The notes beneath the pieces are model-generated. The model saw only the letters and a list, made by a program, of their open reading frames with translations, made no database searches and was not told the origin of the DNA. From contig CAWIPH010000002.1 in NCBI GenBank assembly GCA_963837955.1, positions 1,504,001 through 1,568,000 on the forward strand: DNA of 64,000 bases. Direction: 5' to 3'. Below are positions 1-11,140 of this stretch, piece after piece. The translations under genes and the position numbers were made by a program. The first letter of the stretch is position 1; every line of letters begins with the position of its first letter. The DNA is from an uncultured Verrucomicrobiae bacterium. GTDB taxonomy: Bacteria > Verrucomicrobiota > Verrucomicrobiia > Chthoniobacterales > JAFAMB01.

Positions 1-644
1 CCATGCCAGATCTTCCTACCAAGCTGGTTTCCATTCAACGAATTGCGCGGCGAAGCGACTCCGTCCGCGTTCCATTTGTTGCGACGCTTGCTGCTTTCGA
101 TTGCCTCACATCACGGATTTGAACGCGCGCCAGATGGGATAGCAAGGCGGTCAGATTACTGAGGCTGGAGCATCAGCCTACTCTGAGGCGAAAATCTGCT
201 AAATGCAAATGACATTTGCAATATCATTCGAGCCTCAGGCGAGAATGAAGCGCTCCCGACGGAGGGGATCTAACCCACACTCTCTTGAGAGGAACCGGTT
301 CGTGTCCGAAGCGAACCTTGGCTGCTGTCAGTTCATTGGAAAAAGAAGAGGCTCATTTCTCACTCTGCAGGTTTATCGTACACGACGACTAGCTCGATTC
401 CAAAATACTCAATGTCGAGCACCGAAAAGCTTGCCGCCAACATGCAGAGCCAGCCAGGCATGTTGACGACAGAATCTGCTCACTGGAAATAACCTCGAGT
501 AGCGTAACCTCCTGCCTCGCTGTGTTGAAAACCGGAGAATCGGGCAAATGCCGGAAGTACACCAAATATAAGTCTTAGCCGAACCAATTTTGAAAACTTC
601 TAAACGAAGAAGTTATAAGCGCTGAACGCCAATCGAAGTCGAGT

Positions 645-1187
645 ATGAAAAAGATTCAAATATCGCTGGCTGCAACCTGCCTCGCAGCCTTCGTTGTCGC
701 TATGCCACGCGTAGCGAGTGCGGCCGATGAACAAGGGCCGGATTCCACGTCAACAGATCGGCTCCTTTTAGCTCAGGCCCAGACCGCAAGACCGAAGAAG
801 CAGTCGGCGAAATCCAAGGTTAACGTTGATCAAGCCGGAGTCATTCTTCACGGATATGACGCAGTAGCCTATTTCAAACAGAACAACCCCTACAAGGGCA
901 ACACCGCTTACAAGAGCACTTACCAGGGTGTGACTTATTTGTTCGCGTCGGCGGCGAACAAAGCCGAATTCGACAAGAACCCGGCCAAGTATGCCCCTCA
1001 ATATGGCGGGTACTGCGCGTATAGTTTAGCCGAAGGCAGGCTCGCGGACATCGATCCAAATAACTTTGTGATTTACAAGGGCAAGCTTTACGTTTGCTCG
1101 ACGGCCAAAGCATTGAGGTCCTTCGTGGCACACGAAAAGGAAGACGTCGTCAAGGACAATAGAAATTGGCGACAGATGTTCAGTTAG
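645..1187 (+). CDS. Secreted YHS domain-containing protein
   Basis: N-terminal signal peptide; GYDAVAYF, YLFASAANKAEF and PQYGGYCAY motifs typical of the YHS family. Confidence 0.85.
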   Translation: MKKIQISLAATCLAAFVVAMPRVASAADEQGPDSTSTDRLLLAQAQTARPKKQSAKSKVNVDQAGVILHGYDAVAYFKQNNPYKGNTAYKSTYQGVTYLFASAANKAEFDKNPAKYAPQYGGYCAYSLAEGRLADIDPNNFVIYKGKLYVCSTAKALRSFVAHEKEDVVKDNRNWRQMFS

Positions 1188-1219
1188 TGATCCTTTTGAA
1201 CTGAGTAAAGGGTGACTTG

Positions 1220-1248
1220 AAAATGGGGATCCCCAGGATCCCCATTTT
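1220..1248 (+). terminator. Probable intrinsic (bidirectional) terminator
   Basis: aaaatggggatcc / ggatccccatttt hairpin about 30 nt after the YHS stop. Confidence 0.55.
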
Positions 1249-1534
1249 GTACGTGCAGCAGGGAATCGCCCATGAAACGCTATCCTATCTAGACACGATT
1301 GAGCTGGTAAAGTTCACAACTCCAATCTTGCCCCATCCTTTTGGTCGAGTTTCTCTCCGATACTAAATGTGACGTTAGCGGGTTTCGTCTCGAAAAACTC
1401 GGAAAGCGTTGCTTCAGGGAGCCGCGTTAGGGGGACCTCAGGCATTGAGAAAGGCCGAAATCATGACGATTGTTATGAATCTCGCTGCTCAACAGCCGAT
1501 ACATCGACATAAGTAACTGTCCTATAAGGAGTTA

Positions 1535-1618
1535 TGCCGATGGAGGGGATCGAACCCACACTCTCTTGCGAGAACCGGATTTTGAGTCCGGCGCGTCTGC
1601 CAGTTCCGCCACATCGGC
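1535..1618 (-). tRNA. tRNA-Leu(CAA)
   Basis: Reverse complement GCCGATGTGGCGGAACTGGCAGACGCGCCGGACTCAAAATCCGG...GGTTCGATCCCCTCCATCGGCA; long variable arm; CAA anticodon; CCA not encoded. Confidence 0.97.
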
Positions 1619-1739
1619 CGATGAGCAGGGATGAAGTTTTAAACCGTTCCAGCGGAAACGCAAGTGACACTCAAACGGGCCGGACTCAAATCTGCTATCT
1701 GCTATTTGTCATTTGCTATTTCATTCGAGCGAAATATGC

Positions 1740-2180
1740 ATGAGTAAGGGATCCCTAACCGTGGAACAGCTGAACATGCGTATCGCCCAGCGCGTTTGGG
1801 ACGAGGTGTGGAATCGGGGCAATTTCAGTGTGATGGACGAGCTGTTCGATCCGCATTTTGTTCGCCATGATCTCAATCCGAACGAAGGACAGGGGCGGGA
1901 GCAAAACGAGCAATTTATCCGCCGGATACGGGCCGCCTTTCCTGACCTTCGCTTCAGCGTCGATGACGTAATCGCCAGCGGGGATAAAGTCGCCATGCGT
2001 TATCACTTTGAGGGGACACATCTGGGCGATACGCTTGGCTTTCCCCCAACGGGCAAGCAAGTCGTCTACACCGGGATGCTTATCCAGCGCTTTGCCAACG
2101 GAAAGATCGTCGAGCAGTGGACGGAAGCGAACTTGCTGAGTCTCTTTGAGCAGTTGGGCCGGATCGCGACGCGGCGGTAA
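1740..2180 (+). CDS. SnoaL-like ester cyclase (NTF2 fold)
   Basis: AFPDLRFSVDDVIASGDKV, GTHLG and PPTGK motifs; start placed at ATG 1740. Confidence 0.9.
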   Translation: MSKGSLTVEQLNMRIAQRVWDEVWNRGNFSVMDELFDPHFVRHDLNPNEGQGREQNEQFIRRIRAAFPDLRFSVDDVIASGDKVAMRYHFEGTHLGDTLGFPPTGKQVVYTGMLIQRFANGKIVEQWTEANLLSLFEQLGRIATRR

Positions 2181-2657
2181 TTCCCATTCCATCCGTTCCC
2201 TTCGAACTAACCCAGACGCGCGAATCAAGCTCCGGGCTTTTTTCACTCCAGAAACACTGAGTCTGCCAAAAGCAATCGGTACGATCTAGAAGAGCGCAGA
2301 AGCCTAAGAAGTGCGTCTCAACCCGAACCCCTCCATCGGCACGTCGATCGAGTCAGCGGAGTGATGCTGACCGCTGCTAACCTACTGCCAAAAGAGAACG
2401 AACTGGTCAGACGAGAGATTCAGTAAATTAGGGATGCTCTCGACGTGTTCAAGGCCGCCGTTGAAGCCGGCGAAATGACCGGATTCAAAGACGGCGGGAT
2501 TCGGGCACATGGAGTCGTAGTAAGCGGAGGTCGGCATCAACGACAACGCCTCCGACTGGCTTTCATCGACGGACTTCTGTCTGGTTTCACGACCCAAGAG
2601 TGCATAACCTTCCAACGGATCTTTCCGCCATGGAGGGAATTAAAAATAAACCCTCAT

Positions 2658-3350
2658 ATGAAAACTCTCTTCTACGCTTTACTAGCGATCGCATTCTTTT
2701 CTGCCGACTCGTTCGGTCAGACCGTCATTAACTCGGTGCCGTACGACATTTCTGCTCCCGGCACCTACATTCTTGGTTCAGACCTCACCTACACAACCAG
2801 CCCGTCCGGCGCAGCGATCCGGATCCATAGCAGTCATGTTACTCTGGATCTCGGAGGTCATTCTATCATCCACGCTGGCAAGCGCGCGACCACCTGCGTC
2901 GACGTGCACAATGCTGGAAATGTCACTATCCAGAACGGAAGCATCCTCGATTTCTATTTCGCAGTCTCTTTCGACCGTGAGGAAGCGACGCTCAACTCGG
3001 GCAATATTTTACAAAACCTAAGACTGACCAATGCCACCTGGGGTGTCACTCTCTACGGCATCACCGGATCCATCGTGCGAAATAATCAAATGACAACTTT
3101 TACGGAAAAGCAGGGGATTGCAATCGATAGCATGTTTGGCGGTGGCGGAAACCTGGTCAGCGGGAATGTCATCTCCGGATTCGGCACCGGCGTTCGTTCA
3201 GACGGCAATAGTTATTTCCTCGAAAACATGGTTAGCAATTGCATAAACGGTTTTACGCTGTTTAGCAGCGACAAATACCGGTTTAACACCACGTTCAATT
3301 GCACGACGCCGTTTATTGGCGGTACCGCCTTGACCGACGAAAATAACTGA
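2658..3350 (+). CDS. Secreted right-handed parallel beta-helix protein
   Basis: Signal peptide MKTLFYALLAIAFF; PYDISAPGTY, VTLDLGG and NVTIQNG repeats typical of beta-helices. Confidence 0.75.
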   Translation: MKTLFYALLAIAFFSADSFGQTVINSVPYDISAPGTYILGSDLTYTTSPSGAAIRIHSSHVTLDLGGHSIIHAGKRATTCVDVHNAGNVTIQNGSILDFYFAVSFDREEATLNSGNILQNLRLTNATWGVTLYGITGSIVRNNQMTTFTEKQGIAIDSMFGGGGNLVSGNVISGFGTGVRSDGNSYFLENMVSNCINGFTLFSSDKYRFNTTFNCTTPFIGGTALTDENN

Positions 3351-3355
3351 AAGTG

Positions 3356-3812
3356 CTATAGAGCCCGGCCACCGCGCGCTGCTCCAGCTCTTTGTCCCGT
3401 TCGGCCAACAACCTCCTCAAACTTGACAAGCAACTCTGCCGCTCGATCTACGGCTGACTCTGTCCCGAAAGCGTTGAACCTTGGCTCACAACTATCGACC
3501 ACCCGAATGAGGGGCGAGAGCTGAAGCAACGAGTTCAGTAGCTGTGGATGAAGGTCCTGGGGGCAACCTCGATCGTTTCGCAAAATGCGCTCTTTGATGA
3601 TCTTGCAGCGCCTCTGCATTTCCTGGTGGGTTAGCCCTCGCAGCTCCTTGGCTGCCTCTCCAGTGACGGCCGCAAGCTCCCTTGCTGTTTCGGTAAGGTT
3701 AGCCTCACGGTTCTCGATTCGGCTCTTGTAGAAGCCCTGTAGGTTCTGCGCACGAGTAATTCGCTCTGCTGCCTGGTCCTCGCTCAGCTTTCCCTCGTCA
3801 TCGGCAGCAGAA
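3356..3812 (-). pseudogene. 5'-truncated remnant of a coiled-coil protein
   Basis: Frame of ORF 3356..3619 stays open upstream (SAADDEGKLSEDQAAERITRAQ...) up to the repeat at about 3812, where an in-frame TAG occurs and there is no start. Confidence 0.4.
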
Positions 3813-3853
3813 TCTGCTATCTGCTATTTGTCATTTGCTATTTCATTCGAGCC

Positions 3854-4870
3854 TCAGGCGAGAATGAAGCGGCTCTCGATCTCGGTTACTGCCCATTGCG
3901 CATGTTCGGCGATGAGTTCGTCGGCATGTTGCGCGAGTGACCGTAGGATGGCCAGATCTTCGCTTGTGCCGGCGTTGCCGAGAGCTACGCAAACATTGCG
4001 AATAAAGCGATTATGCTTGATCCGTTTGATAGGCGAGCCGCGGAATAGCGTGCGGAATTCTTCCTCGGTCAGGGCGGCCAGATCCCGGAGTGCCATCTGC
4101 TGTAGGGATAGCGGCATTTGGAAGCGCGTTTCGGAACTAGCTTGGGCAAACCGATTCCAAGGACAGGCTTCCAGGCAATCGTCACATCCGTAAATCCGGT
4201 CTCCGATCAACCGGCGAAACTCGAGCGGGATAGCTCCTTTGTTTTCAATCGTGAGATAGGAAATGCAACGGCGCGCATCCAACTGGTATGGGGCGGTAAT
4301 AGCTTGGGTCGGACAAGCTGCGATGCATCGTGTGCACGATCCACAACGATTCTTGGCGGATGCATCCGGTTCAAAGGCGAGGGTTGTAAGAATCGTTCCC
4401 AAAAAGAACCAAGTACCCAGGCGCTCGTTCAGGCACATCGTGCTCTTTCCCTGCCATCCGACTCCGGCGGTCGCCGCAAAATCTCTTTCTAACACCGGCC
4501 CCGTGTCTACGTAACATTTCTGGGTTCCGCCTTGCTCCTCAAGGAACCTGGCAATCGGTCGCATTTGGTCCAAAAGAATGTCGTGATAGTCGCTTCCGAA
4601 AGCGTACCGTGCGAACCGGCCGGGTTGTTGGCGAACCTCGGATCCCTGATAATAGTTACGCGCCAGCACAATGATCGATTGGCACCGGGGGAGCACGATG
4701 CTCGGATCGGTTCGGCGTTCCGGAGAGCGAGCCAGCCAATCCATATCGGCGTTCAGTCCCTGCTCAAGCCAGTCAAGGTAGTCGGCCCGGTGCTCGGCAA
4801 CTTGCGCACTGGCAAAACGGCAAGCATCGAAGCCACATTCGTACGCGAGTTGTACAACACTCTCTTTCAT
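3854..4870 (-). CDS. queG: tRNA epoxyqueuosine(34) reductase
   Basis: DYH, VDTGPVLERDFA, CGSCTRCIAACPT, RCISYLTIE and YGCDDCLEACPWN motifs. Confidence 0.95.
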   Translation of the reverse strand: MKESVVQLAYECGFDACRFASAQVAEHRADYLDWLEQGLNADMDWLARSPERRTDPSIVLPRCQSIIVLARNYYQGSEVRQQPGRFARYAFGSDYHDILLDQMRPIARFLEEQGGTQKCYVDTGPVLERDFAATAGVGWQGKSTMCLNERLGTWFFLGTILTTLAFEPDASAKNRCGSCTRCIAACPTQAITAPYQLDARRCISYLTIENKGAIPLEFRRLIGDRIYGCDDCLEACPWNRFAQASSETRFQMPLSLQQMALRDLAALTEEEFRTLFRGSPIKRIKHNRFIRNVCVALGNAGTSEDLAILRSLAQHADELIAEHAQWAVTEIESRFILA

Positions 4871-4873
4871 GGT

Positions 4874-5407
4874 TCACCCGGGAAGAGTCTTGAGACCGGC
4901 GATTACCCGTTCGGCGACCTCGTGATGGGATAGACCCGATGAATCTACTACTAGATCGGCAGCGGATTGGTAGAGCGGCGCCCGTTCCGTTAATAGCCGG
5001 GAGATTGTCTCTTCGGGATCAGCAGTTTGCAGAAGTGGGCGATTCTTGTTCCGGCTAACACGTTCTAGAATCGTGGTTTGATCAGCCTTTAACCAAATTG
5101 TTGTGCCTAGCTTCTTCAGCAGAGAGACGTTTCTGGGTTGGATTACAATTCCTCCGCCGGTGGCGATCACAGAACGATAGCATTGGAGCAATTTCGTTAA
5201 GGTAGCAAACTCCTGATCCCGGAAAAATGGTTCACCAAAAACTGTAAAAATTTCCGAAATCGATTTCCCGTATTGGTTACGAATAATCGAATCAGTATCG
5301 AGAAAACGGAACTGCCACCGCCTGGCCAATTCTCGACCAACGGAAGACTTTCCCGTTCCCATAAATCCGATCAAAACAACGTTTCGATCGGGGTGAACAA
5401 AATCCAT
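4874..5407 (-). CDS. aroK: Shikimate kinase
   Basis: GFMGTGKSSVG Walker A, DTD, ATGGG and RPLL motifs. Confidence 0.95.
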   Translation of the reverse strand: MDFVHPDRNVVLIGFMGTGKSSVGRELARRWQFRFLDTDSIIRNQYGKSISEIFTVFGEPFFRDQEFATLTKLLQCYRSVIATGGGIVIQPRNVSLLKKLGTTIWLKADQTTILERVSRNKNRPLLQTADPEETISRLLTERAPLYQSAADLVVDSSGLSHHEVAERVIAGLKTLPG

Positions 5408-5452
5408 AGGCCAGCATCGTCCAGGACGACCCTGGGGGGCAAATCTGAATTA

Positions 5453-5665
5453 CTAAGCGGGTATTAGGCGAACGACGTTTCGCGCCTTAGCTCCTTTTTC
5501 GTCCTGGTAAAGTTCGTATTCGACGGTTTCTCCTTCATTCAACGTCTTGAATCCGTCGGCTTGAATGACGGAGAAGTGAACGAAGATATCGGTTGCAACT
5601 TCTGGGTCGACAATGAACCCAAATCCCTTTTTCTCGTTAAACCATTTAACTGTACCTTTAGCCAT
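5453..5665 (-). CDS. cspA: Cold-shock protein
   Basis: [16 protein letters not shown] (RNP1) and DIFVHFS (RNP2). Confidence 0.93.
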   Translation of the reverse strand: MAKGTVKWFNEKKGFGFIVDPEVATDIFVHFSVIQADGFKTLNEGETVEYELYQDEKGAKARNVVRLIPA

Positions 5666-5841
5666 ACACACAACAGATAGAATGGCCGTTGCGCCAGGGA
5701 CTTAGCCCCTTTGCAAACGGTTTCCTTCAGGAGGGGCACGAGCATATCGGGCTACTTCGGAAATCGTCAAGCAGATTGCAACATACTAACGGTCAGGTGG
5801 ATACGTCTTGCCTTCTCGCTAGCATGGAGCTTTCATCTTTT

Positions 5842-6348
5842 ATGGTTTCTGGAGCCCAGGTAGCCGTCGTTATGGGTAGTAAATCCGATTGGGAGACGAT
5901 GCGTCATGCGGTCGAGCGCCTCCAAGAGTTCAAGGTTCCCGTAATCAAAAAGATCGTTTCGGCTCACCGTACTCCTGACTTGTTAGCCTCCTTTGCCAAG
6001 GAAGCGGAGGCGACCGGTATCCGGGTAATTATTGCCGGAGCAGGCGGAGCGGCTCACCTTCCGGGAATGCTCGCGGCAAATACTATTCTTCCGGTATTGG
6101 GTGTTCCGGTTAAAAGCCAGGCACTGAACGGCCTCGATTCGTTGCTCTCGATTGTCCAAATGCCGGCAGGCGTTCCAGTGTTAACTTTAGCAATCGGTGA
6201 AGCCGGAGCCAAAAATGCGGCGCTCGCCGCGATCGCGATTCTTGCCCTAACCGATCTCGAATTGAAAAAGCGTCTACAGAAATTTCGCGCAGATCAAACC
6301 GTTGATGTCTTGGCCACTCTGTTCCCAGATGAACCGAGCGATCGATGA
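5842..6348 (+). CDS. purE: N5-carboxyaminoimidazole ribonucleotide mutase
   Basis: [24 protein letters not shown] and [11 protein letters not shown] motifs; start codon uncertain (5824 or 5842). Confidence 0.95.
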   Translation: MVSGAQVAVVMGSKSDWETMRHAVERLQEFKVPVIKKIVSAHRTPDLLASFAKEAEATGIRVIIAGAGGAAHLPGMLAANTILPVLGVPVKSQALNGLDSLLSIVQMPAGVPVLTLAIGEAGAKNAALAAIAILALTDLELKKRLQKFRADQTVDVLATLFPDEPSDR

Positions 6349-7326
6349 GAGCCGAAATCGTTGCCGCCAATGACCCAGACGCAGTTCACCGGGCCAGCGA
6401 ATGGATTCGTCGGGGAGAACCGATAGCGATTCCAACGGAAACGGTTTACGGCCTGGCTGCTGACGCGCTGAATCCTACCGCGGTCGCCAAGATTTTTGCC
6501 ATTAAAGAGCGCCCTTTTTTCGATCCGCTCATCATCCATTTTGCAGATCCAAAATGGATGGCAGAATTGGCCTCTCCGAATCGGGCAGACCGCCATTTGA
6601 TCGAAATATTGATCGAAAAATTTTGGCCGGGCCCGCTGACTCTCTTGTTACCCAAAAATGAGCGAGTTTTGGATCTCGTGACCGCCGAGCTTCCGACTGT
6701 CGCTTTGCGCATGCCTTCCCATCCGATTTTTCGGGCAATCATGCGGGCGAGCGACCGGCCGCTCGCAGCTCCCAGTGCGAACCTTTTCGGGCGCGTCAGC
6801 CCATCGCGAGCGGAGCATGTATTCGAAGAGCTCGGTTCGCGCATCCCGCTGATTGTTGATGCCGGGCCGACGGCCTTTGGGATCGAATCGACAATCGTCC
6901 AACCAGTAGATGGACGTATCGCAATCCTTCGTCCCGGTCCGATTACCGAAGAAGCGTTAGCCGAAATTGCCCCTATAACGGAGGAGTCGGCTGCGCCCAA
7001 AAACATCGCGGCGCCAGGACAAACACCGAGCCACTATGCACCCAATAAGCCGGTGATACTTGCTGATGCCCGGGATCCAGGTCGAGCGCCCGGAGAATTC
7101 CGGGCTAATCTGCTGGGGAAAAAACCAACGACAACAACCTTTTACAGTCGTGCAATCGCTTAGCGAGGAACGCGATCTTGTCGAGGCGGCAGCCCGGCTC
7201 TTTTCGTTGCTGCGAGAATTTGATCGGTTGCCTATCGAAATAATCTATGTTGAGCCTGTGCCAGAGATCGGTGTTGGCAAGGCAATCATGAACCGATTGC
7301 GACGCGCGGCTCACCGGGACACATGA
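6345..7326 (+). CDS. tsaC: L-threonylcarbamoyladenylate synthase (Sua5 type), with a +1 frameshift near 7060 before the C-terminal SUA5 domain
   Basis: [25 protein letters not shown] and APGQxxSHYAP motifs; the C-terminal [14 protein letters not shown] lies in ORF 7060..7326. Confidence 0.9.
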
Positions 7327-7397
7327 CCGGTAGGGCGAAAGCCTAATCTGGCAGGCGCCAGATTGGCTTGAGCCGTTGCTCGTGTTACCCAAAAATT

Positions 7398-7705
7398 AAA
7401 CTCACGCAAAGCCGGGAACGCCGGGAACGCCGGGAACGCCGGGAACGCCGGGAACGCCGGGAACGCCGGGAACGCCGGGAACGCCGGGAACGCCGGGAAC
7501 GCCGGGAACGCCGGGAACGCCGGGAACGCCGGGAACGCCGGGAACGCCAAACGGCGAGAGGTAACTGGCGACAAATTTAGCAAGCAAATTCGGCTTGTTT
7601 GCCGAAGGAAGGAAAAACCAAGAGAAAGCGTGGTAGCGCTACGAATTCGTTCCCGGCGATGACGGCGATGACGGCGTTCCCGGCGTTCCCCGTTTGCGTG
7701 AGTTT
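7398..7705. repeat. Fold-back element with 15 perfect copies of the 9-mer GCCGGGAAC (7411-7545) and an inverted degenerate 9-mer arm (about 7650-7705)
   Basis: Read directly; terminal inverted arms aaactcacgcaaa / tttgcgtgagttt. Confidence 0.9.
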
Positions 7706-7842
7706 TTCTCTTTTTCTGCAATCGACCAAAGTCCGCGCATCTATCCAATTGAGCAGGAGAGAGAATATTGCGGGGGGGAAACTCGATCCTGTCGACAATA
7801 GATAAAAGGGGGCCCTAGCCGGCCAATTCAGGAGACCATAGG

Positions 7843-7885
7843 CGCGCCGCGGACCACCCAATAGGTCCGCGGCGTGTTTCTTTTT
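7843..7885 (+). terminator. Intrinsic terminator-like hairpin
   Basis: cgcgccgcggacc / ggtccgcggcgtg stem followed by tttcttttt. Confidence 0.55.
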
Positions 7886-7973
7886 CTAGCGTCGCATTTC
7901 ACGACGGATGCGCGCACGGAAGAAACGTTCGGGACGCCATGCACGTCAGCATGGGGAAGCTCAGGTCTAGTGG

Positions 7974-8027
7974 CGGGGAGGGATCGCGTCCTCGCGATCC
8001 GCGGCGCACGAGGACGTGCGCCCTCCC
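7974..8027. repeat. REP-like element GGGAGGGATCGCGTCCTCGCGATCC...GTGCGCCCTCCC (second copy about 20021-20072; interrupted copy about 11157-11553)
   Basis: Near-identical palindromic copies seen directly. Confidence 0.8.
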
Positions 8028-8638
8028 TGCCCGGGGTTTTAACCCCTGAAACACGTCTCCCTCGCTTCGGGAACTGATCCAGAGCTTCCTCCTGTTGGAG
8101 CGCACGGGCAGCCGCCCTATCGGCTCAGTTTTTTTTCTCGCCCGGCATTCGTTTTTCTGCAAGTGGCCGGCGGTTCGGCGTCTGAACCGTGTACGGTAAA
8201 GTTTCGCCTCGTTCCGGACGCACGAGACGAAAAGAACCGGGCAGAACAGATTTCCCATACAAGCAGAGCAGCCCGCGCCGTGGTTTCGTCTCGGAACCGC
8301 GGCGCGGTGCTTCTTTCGTCGAGGGTCTTTTGTTCGAGACACAGACGGAAAACGGTGATCAGCTAACAGAGGGCCGTTGAACGTGTTCCGCTTTCGACAG
8401 CCTGGCCAATTCAGGTAGCTGTCGTCGATGGGCTTGCTCAGTATCGTGGTACAGAACTGCCCTTAGCCCGCAGCGAATGATAGCTGCCATTCCGTAGACA
8501 GCGAATTTAAAAAAATGTTTGATCACCCAGCACAGATTTCCAATTCAGATCATTTGGCTGGCTTGTCGTGTCAGGGCGAATCCATCCCGTACGTCAGCCA
8601 CACCCGCTGGCACATATATTGCTCGGAGCTGTTCCCCC

Positions 8639-11140
8639 ATGAAGCTAGGGTTCTTGGGTGTTTCATCAATTACAATTTTCGCTATTTTGTTACTGGGCGC
8701 TAACAGTCTGGTAACGGCTCAGGATGCCGATCCACCTCCCTCCAAATCTACAGGTCCGACTGGAGGAAATCTTCAGCAGATTGTTGTAAGCGCTGGCATT
8801 CCACCTGAGGACTCCATCTTGCCGACTGCAGTTCCGACCGATGCAGTCCTCGGCACCAGCGCGAACATTCTCGATATTCCACGCGGAGTGAGCCGGATCA
8901 CTGAAAGCCAGCTGCAAGCGCGGCAGATCGAAGATGTGGTGTCGTTGAGCCAATTTGCGTCCGGTGTTTTCACGGGTTCGAGCTTTGGGGCACCAAGCAA
9001 TCCCTTTATCCGAGGGTTGCCGGCGGAAATGTATCAGAACGGGCAACGACTTTCTTACACATTCGACAGCTTCATTCCCAGCTTCAACGCCGTCGAGTCC
9101 ATTGACGTAGTGAAAGGGCCTGGTGGTCCGGTGATCGGTCCATCCAACCTGGGGGTGGGTGGCTATGTTAACTTTGTCACCAAAGCCCCTTATTTCGATC
9201 GCTGGCATGGAGCACTCAGCTTTACTTTAGGTAATCTGGTCGAAGGTGGATCTTCCTATTTGCGGCCTGAATGGCAGCTCGACTTCGGCGGTCCGCTGAT
9301 CAAGGACAAGCTCGCGATCAGGGTAAGTTATCTTGGACGTGAAGCCGACACTTACTACCAGAACGTGAAAGATCATACCCAAGATATCTTCGCTGCGGTC
9401 ACGTTCATTCCGACTTCCGCGTTGAGCTTCGACTATACGGCTCAATTCTATGAAGAGCGGTTCAACGAGAACGAAGGATTTAACCGTGTCACCCAACAGC
9501 TGATTGACAGCAATACCTATATCGCCGGCCCGATTACGCCGGATTTCTTTGGTTTTCCCAGTCCGATCGGCGGGTTCGTCAGCCCAAACGCCAACGGTAC
9601 GTTTAAGGTCGTCAAACTCCATAACTATCAAACGCTGACATCTCCGCAGGACTCAGATTATGGTAAACGCTTTTTGACTCAGCTCATCAGCAAGGCCCAA
9701 ATCACTCAGGATTTTCAAATCGTTTGGCGCACCCTCTTTGAAGATACAGAGACACGAAAGAACGAGGCCTACGGATATCGGGAATACAATCCGATCGATA
9801 ACGTTTTTGATACGCGATTGGAACTGCATTGGGATCTGCACCTTTTTGAAAGTACGTCGACGGAAAACAATGGCTATGCCAAGGACGGAAAGACTCCGAT
9901 TTCGACGACGGTGGAACATCCGGGCATCATCAACCACTTCGTTGCCGGAGCCAGTTACCGTCACGAAGAGAATCGCGCTTACCAGGATTTTACTAATGAA
10001 ACGTTTGTACCGTACGATCTCTCGCAAGGTCCCAATTTTGCGGTACTGCCGACAAACGTCATCTTTGGTGGACGCATTATCCCCGGTTCCGGTGGATATA
10101 CCGCCACTCCGAGCGCTTCGGTTGAGTCGCACTTAAACGACTTCGGGTTCTTTATAGAGGACAACATCGATCTCACCAAGTGGCTGACCGTCTATCTCGG
10201 GGGCCGCGAAGATTATATCAGCGCGAGGTCGCACCAGCCGGAACTCGGGACTTTTCTGGACGGCACCGGCGGTACATTGGCCGCGACGCCTTACCGTAGT
10301 CGTAACACACTGAACCCATCGTACTTTGGCAGCATTGTGGTAAAGCCTGCCTCTTGGCTCACGACCTATGTCACTTACAACAAGACCAACTCGGTCCAAG
10401 GTCGAGCGAATTTCGGCAGTATACCAAACAATTTCAAGACATCGCAATTCGCTAATGCGGTCGAACTCTACGAAGCGGGTATTAAGGCCAGTCTTTTTAG
10501 GAACACACTGTTCGCCAGCCTCACTGGATACTACGAAACGTACTATCAATACGATCTCCACAATAACCGGCTGGGCACTCAGACCAGAGGCCTGGAAGTG
10601 GAAGCTGCCTACCAGCCGAACAAGAATTTTAGCGCTACCGCTAACTTCACCTGGTCGCATTCCAACTACACCAATGCGTTTAACGTTTTCACCGAATCAT
10701 CTGATTACTTAAATGCCTTCGCCCCTCCTTTTGTCGACTCGAACGGAAGAGGCGGGAAGGGCGGTACGAGTTTTCTGGCCTTCAGTCCCAATTTTCAGGG
10801 GGTGACATTCAAGAATTCGAGTCCCGATGTCACAGGATTTCCTGATATCGTATTCAACGCATTCGCTACATATCAGTTGGATTGTGGTCTCGGTATAAGC
10901 GTGGGTCCCCAAGTCACCGGTCCCATGTACGCCAATCCGAATAAGACTCTGAAGATCCCAGCGCAAGTTACTTGGAATGGCGCCATTTTCTACAAACAGA
11001 AGAACTTCGAGATCTGGCTGAATTTCTTCAATTTCACCGACGAGCGAAACTTTTCCCCATCCTACGTCGTCGTCCAAAATGACACGATCTTACCGAACGA
11101 ACCATTCCACGCGAACTTAACTATCAAGTTGAAGTTCTAG
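8639..11140 (+). CDS. TonB-dependent receptor
   Basis: Signal peptide; plug motifs (DIPRGVSRI, FIRG, VESIDVVKGP, GGYVNFVTK); beta-barrel with terminal Phe (IKLKF). Confidence 0.9.
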   Translation: MKLGFLGVSSITIFAILLLGANSLVTAQDADPPPSKSTGPTGGNLQQIVVSAGIPPEDSILPTAVPTDAVLGTSANILDIPRGVSRITESQLQARQIEDVVSLSQFASGVFTGSSFGAPSNPFIRGLPAEMYQNGQRLSYTFDSFIPSFNAVESIDVVKGPGGPVIGPSNLGVGGYVNFVTKAPYFDRWHGALSFTLGNLVEGGSSYLRPEWQLDFGGPLIKDKLAIRVSYLGREADTYYQNVKDHTQDIFAAVTFIPTSALSFDYTAQFYEERFNENEGFNRVTQQLIDSNTYIAGPITPDFFGFPSPIGGFVSPNANGTFKVVKLHNYQTLTSPQDSDYGKRFLTQLISKAQITQDFQIVWRTLFEDTETRKNEAYGYREYNPIDNVFDTRLELHWDLHLFESTSTENNGYAKDGKTPISTTVEHPGIINHFVAGASYRHEENRAYQDFTNETFVPYDLSQGPNFAVLPTNVIFGGRIIPGSGGYTATPSASVESHLNDFGFFIEDNIDLTKWLTVYLGGREDYISARSHQPELGTFLDGTGGTLAATPYRSRNTLNPSYFGSIVVKPASWLTTYVTYNKTNSVQGRANFGSIPNNFKTSQFANAVELYEAGIKASLFRNTLFASLTGYYETYYQYDLHNNRLGTQTRGLEVEAAYQPNKNFSATANFTWSHSNYTNAFNVFTESSDYLNAFAPPFVDSNGRGGKGGTSFLAFSPNFQGVTFKNSSPDVTGFPDIVFNAFATYQLDCGLGISVGPQVTGPMYANPNKTLKIPAQVTWNGAIFYKQKNFEIWLNFFNFTDERNFSPSYVVVQNDTILPNEPFHANLTIKLKF

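Noticed and set aside
645..1187. Selenoprotein recoding in the YHS protein
   Set aside because: The GGYC position is a normal Cys codon, with no in-frame TGA.
1473..1743. ORFs over tRNA-Leu (and 62676..63029 over tRNA-Glu)
   Set aside because: They are shadow ORFs of tRNA genes.
2445..2657. N-terminal extension of the beta-helix ORF
   Set aside because: The signal peptide begins at ATG 2658.
7311..7748. ORFs with ERR, PAF or PGV repeats
   Set aside because: They are translations of the stop-free 9-mer tandem repeat, with no sign of real genes.
7890..8630. Riboswitch or ncRNA upstream of the TonB receptor
   Set aside because: Several hairpins are present, but I could not recognise cobalamin, TPP or purine riboswitch consensus; an Rfam search is needed.
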